Below are positions 60,144 through 60,386 of a DNA stretch of 60,386 nucleotides, in pieces. Source of the DNA: Cytophagales bacterium. Lineage in GTDB: Bacteria > Bacteroidota > Bacteroidia > Cytophagales > Cyclobacteriaceae. The DNA lies in the NCBI GenBank assembly GCA_038232695.1, contig JBBSNI010000001.1, positions 1-60,386 of the forward strand, given 5' to 3'. A program made the position numbers and the translations under genes. The notes below the pieces were generated by a model that saw nothing but the letters and a program-made list of their open reading frames with translations, made no database searches and had not been told where the DNA came from. Every line of letters starts with the position of its first letter. Position 1 is the first letter of the stretch.

Positions 60144-60386
60144 CTATTTTTTGATCTGGTCTAATAAATTATCTACATCATCGAGAAGCTGCCGGGCTTT
60201 TTCGCGGGCCTCGTTGATAACCTTTTCTCCGTCGGACTTGGCCACGCTCTCAGGCAATGCATCCCTGGTACGTACCAGGTCTGTGACGAGTTCTTCCAGC
60301 TTGACTTTATATTTTTCCAGGCGGAAAGTAACCCTGTCGCGGGTATTGGACCCTTTGTCCGGAGCGTACAGCACACCCATGACCGT
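60144..60386 (-). CDS. YtxH-domain protein (partial; start outside the window)
   Basis: GVLYAPDKGSNTR followed by a helical region. Confidence 0.75.
   Translation of the reverse strand, partial: TVMGVLYAPDKGSNTRDRVTFRLEKYKVKLEELVTDLVRTRDALPESVAKSDGEKVINEAREKARQLLDDVDNLLDQIKK

Overview
This 60.4 kb window looks like chromosomal DNA from a Bacteroidota, probably Cytophagales. The evidence is TAnnTTTG promoters, a T9SS C-terminal domain, a PorE-like OmpA protein and a TonB receptor/DUF4249 pair. Most of it is housekeeping: hppA, trpE/trpG with a Trp attenuator, rpsT, uvrD/pcrA, murA, recJ, fumC, purM, pyrC, coaE, yajC, tRNA-Phe and tRNA-His. The accessory or unexplained elements are: (1) an AT-rich left end with an integron-cassette-like layout (attC-like site, complementary core sites around an AraC+cupin pair, no integrase in view), followed by a phased 21-bp repeat array; (2) an HU-like/DUF4469 DNA-binding gene followed by REP-like hairpins, a terminator, and a hairpin-headed non-coding array of seven 23-bp repeats; (3) a bacterial GRAS-family gene; (4) a divergent Rpe-CBS fusion coupled to a DAHP-synthase-like gene; (5) a putative minus-strand structured ncRNA with two covarying hairpin modules between the pseudouridine synthase gene and tRNA-Phe; (6) an AraC-TSUP(frameshifted)-TolC-RND-MFP-DoxX efflux module; and several pseudogene remnants. 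All family assignments come from recognising motifs by eye; no searches were run.
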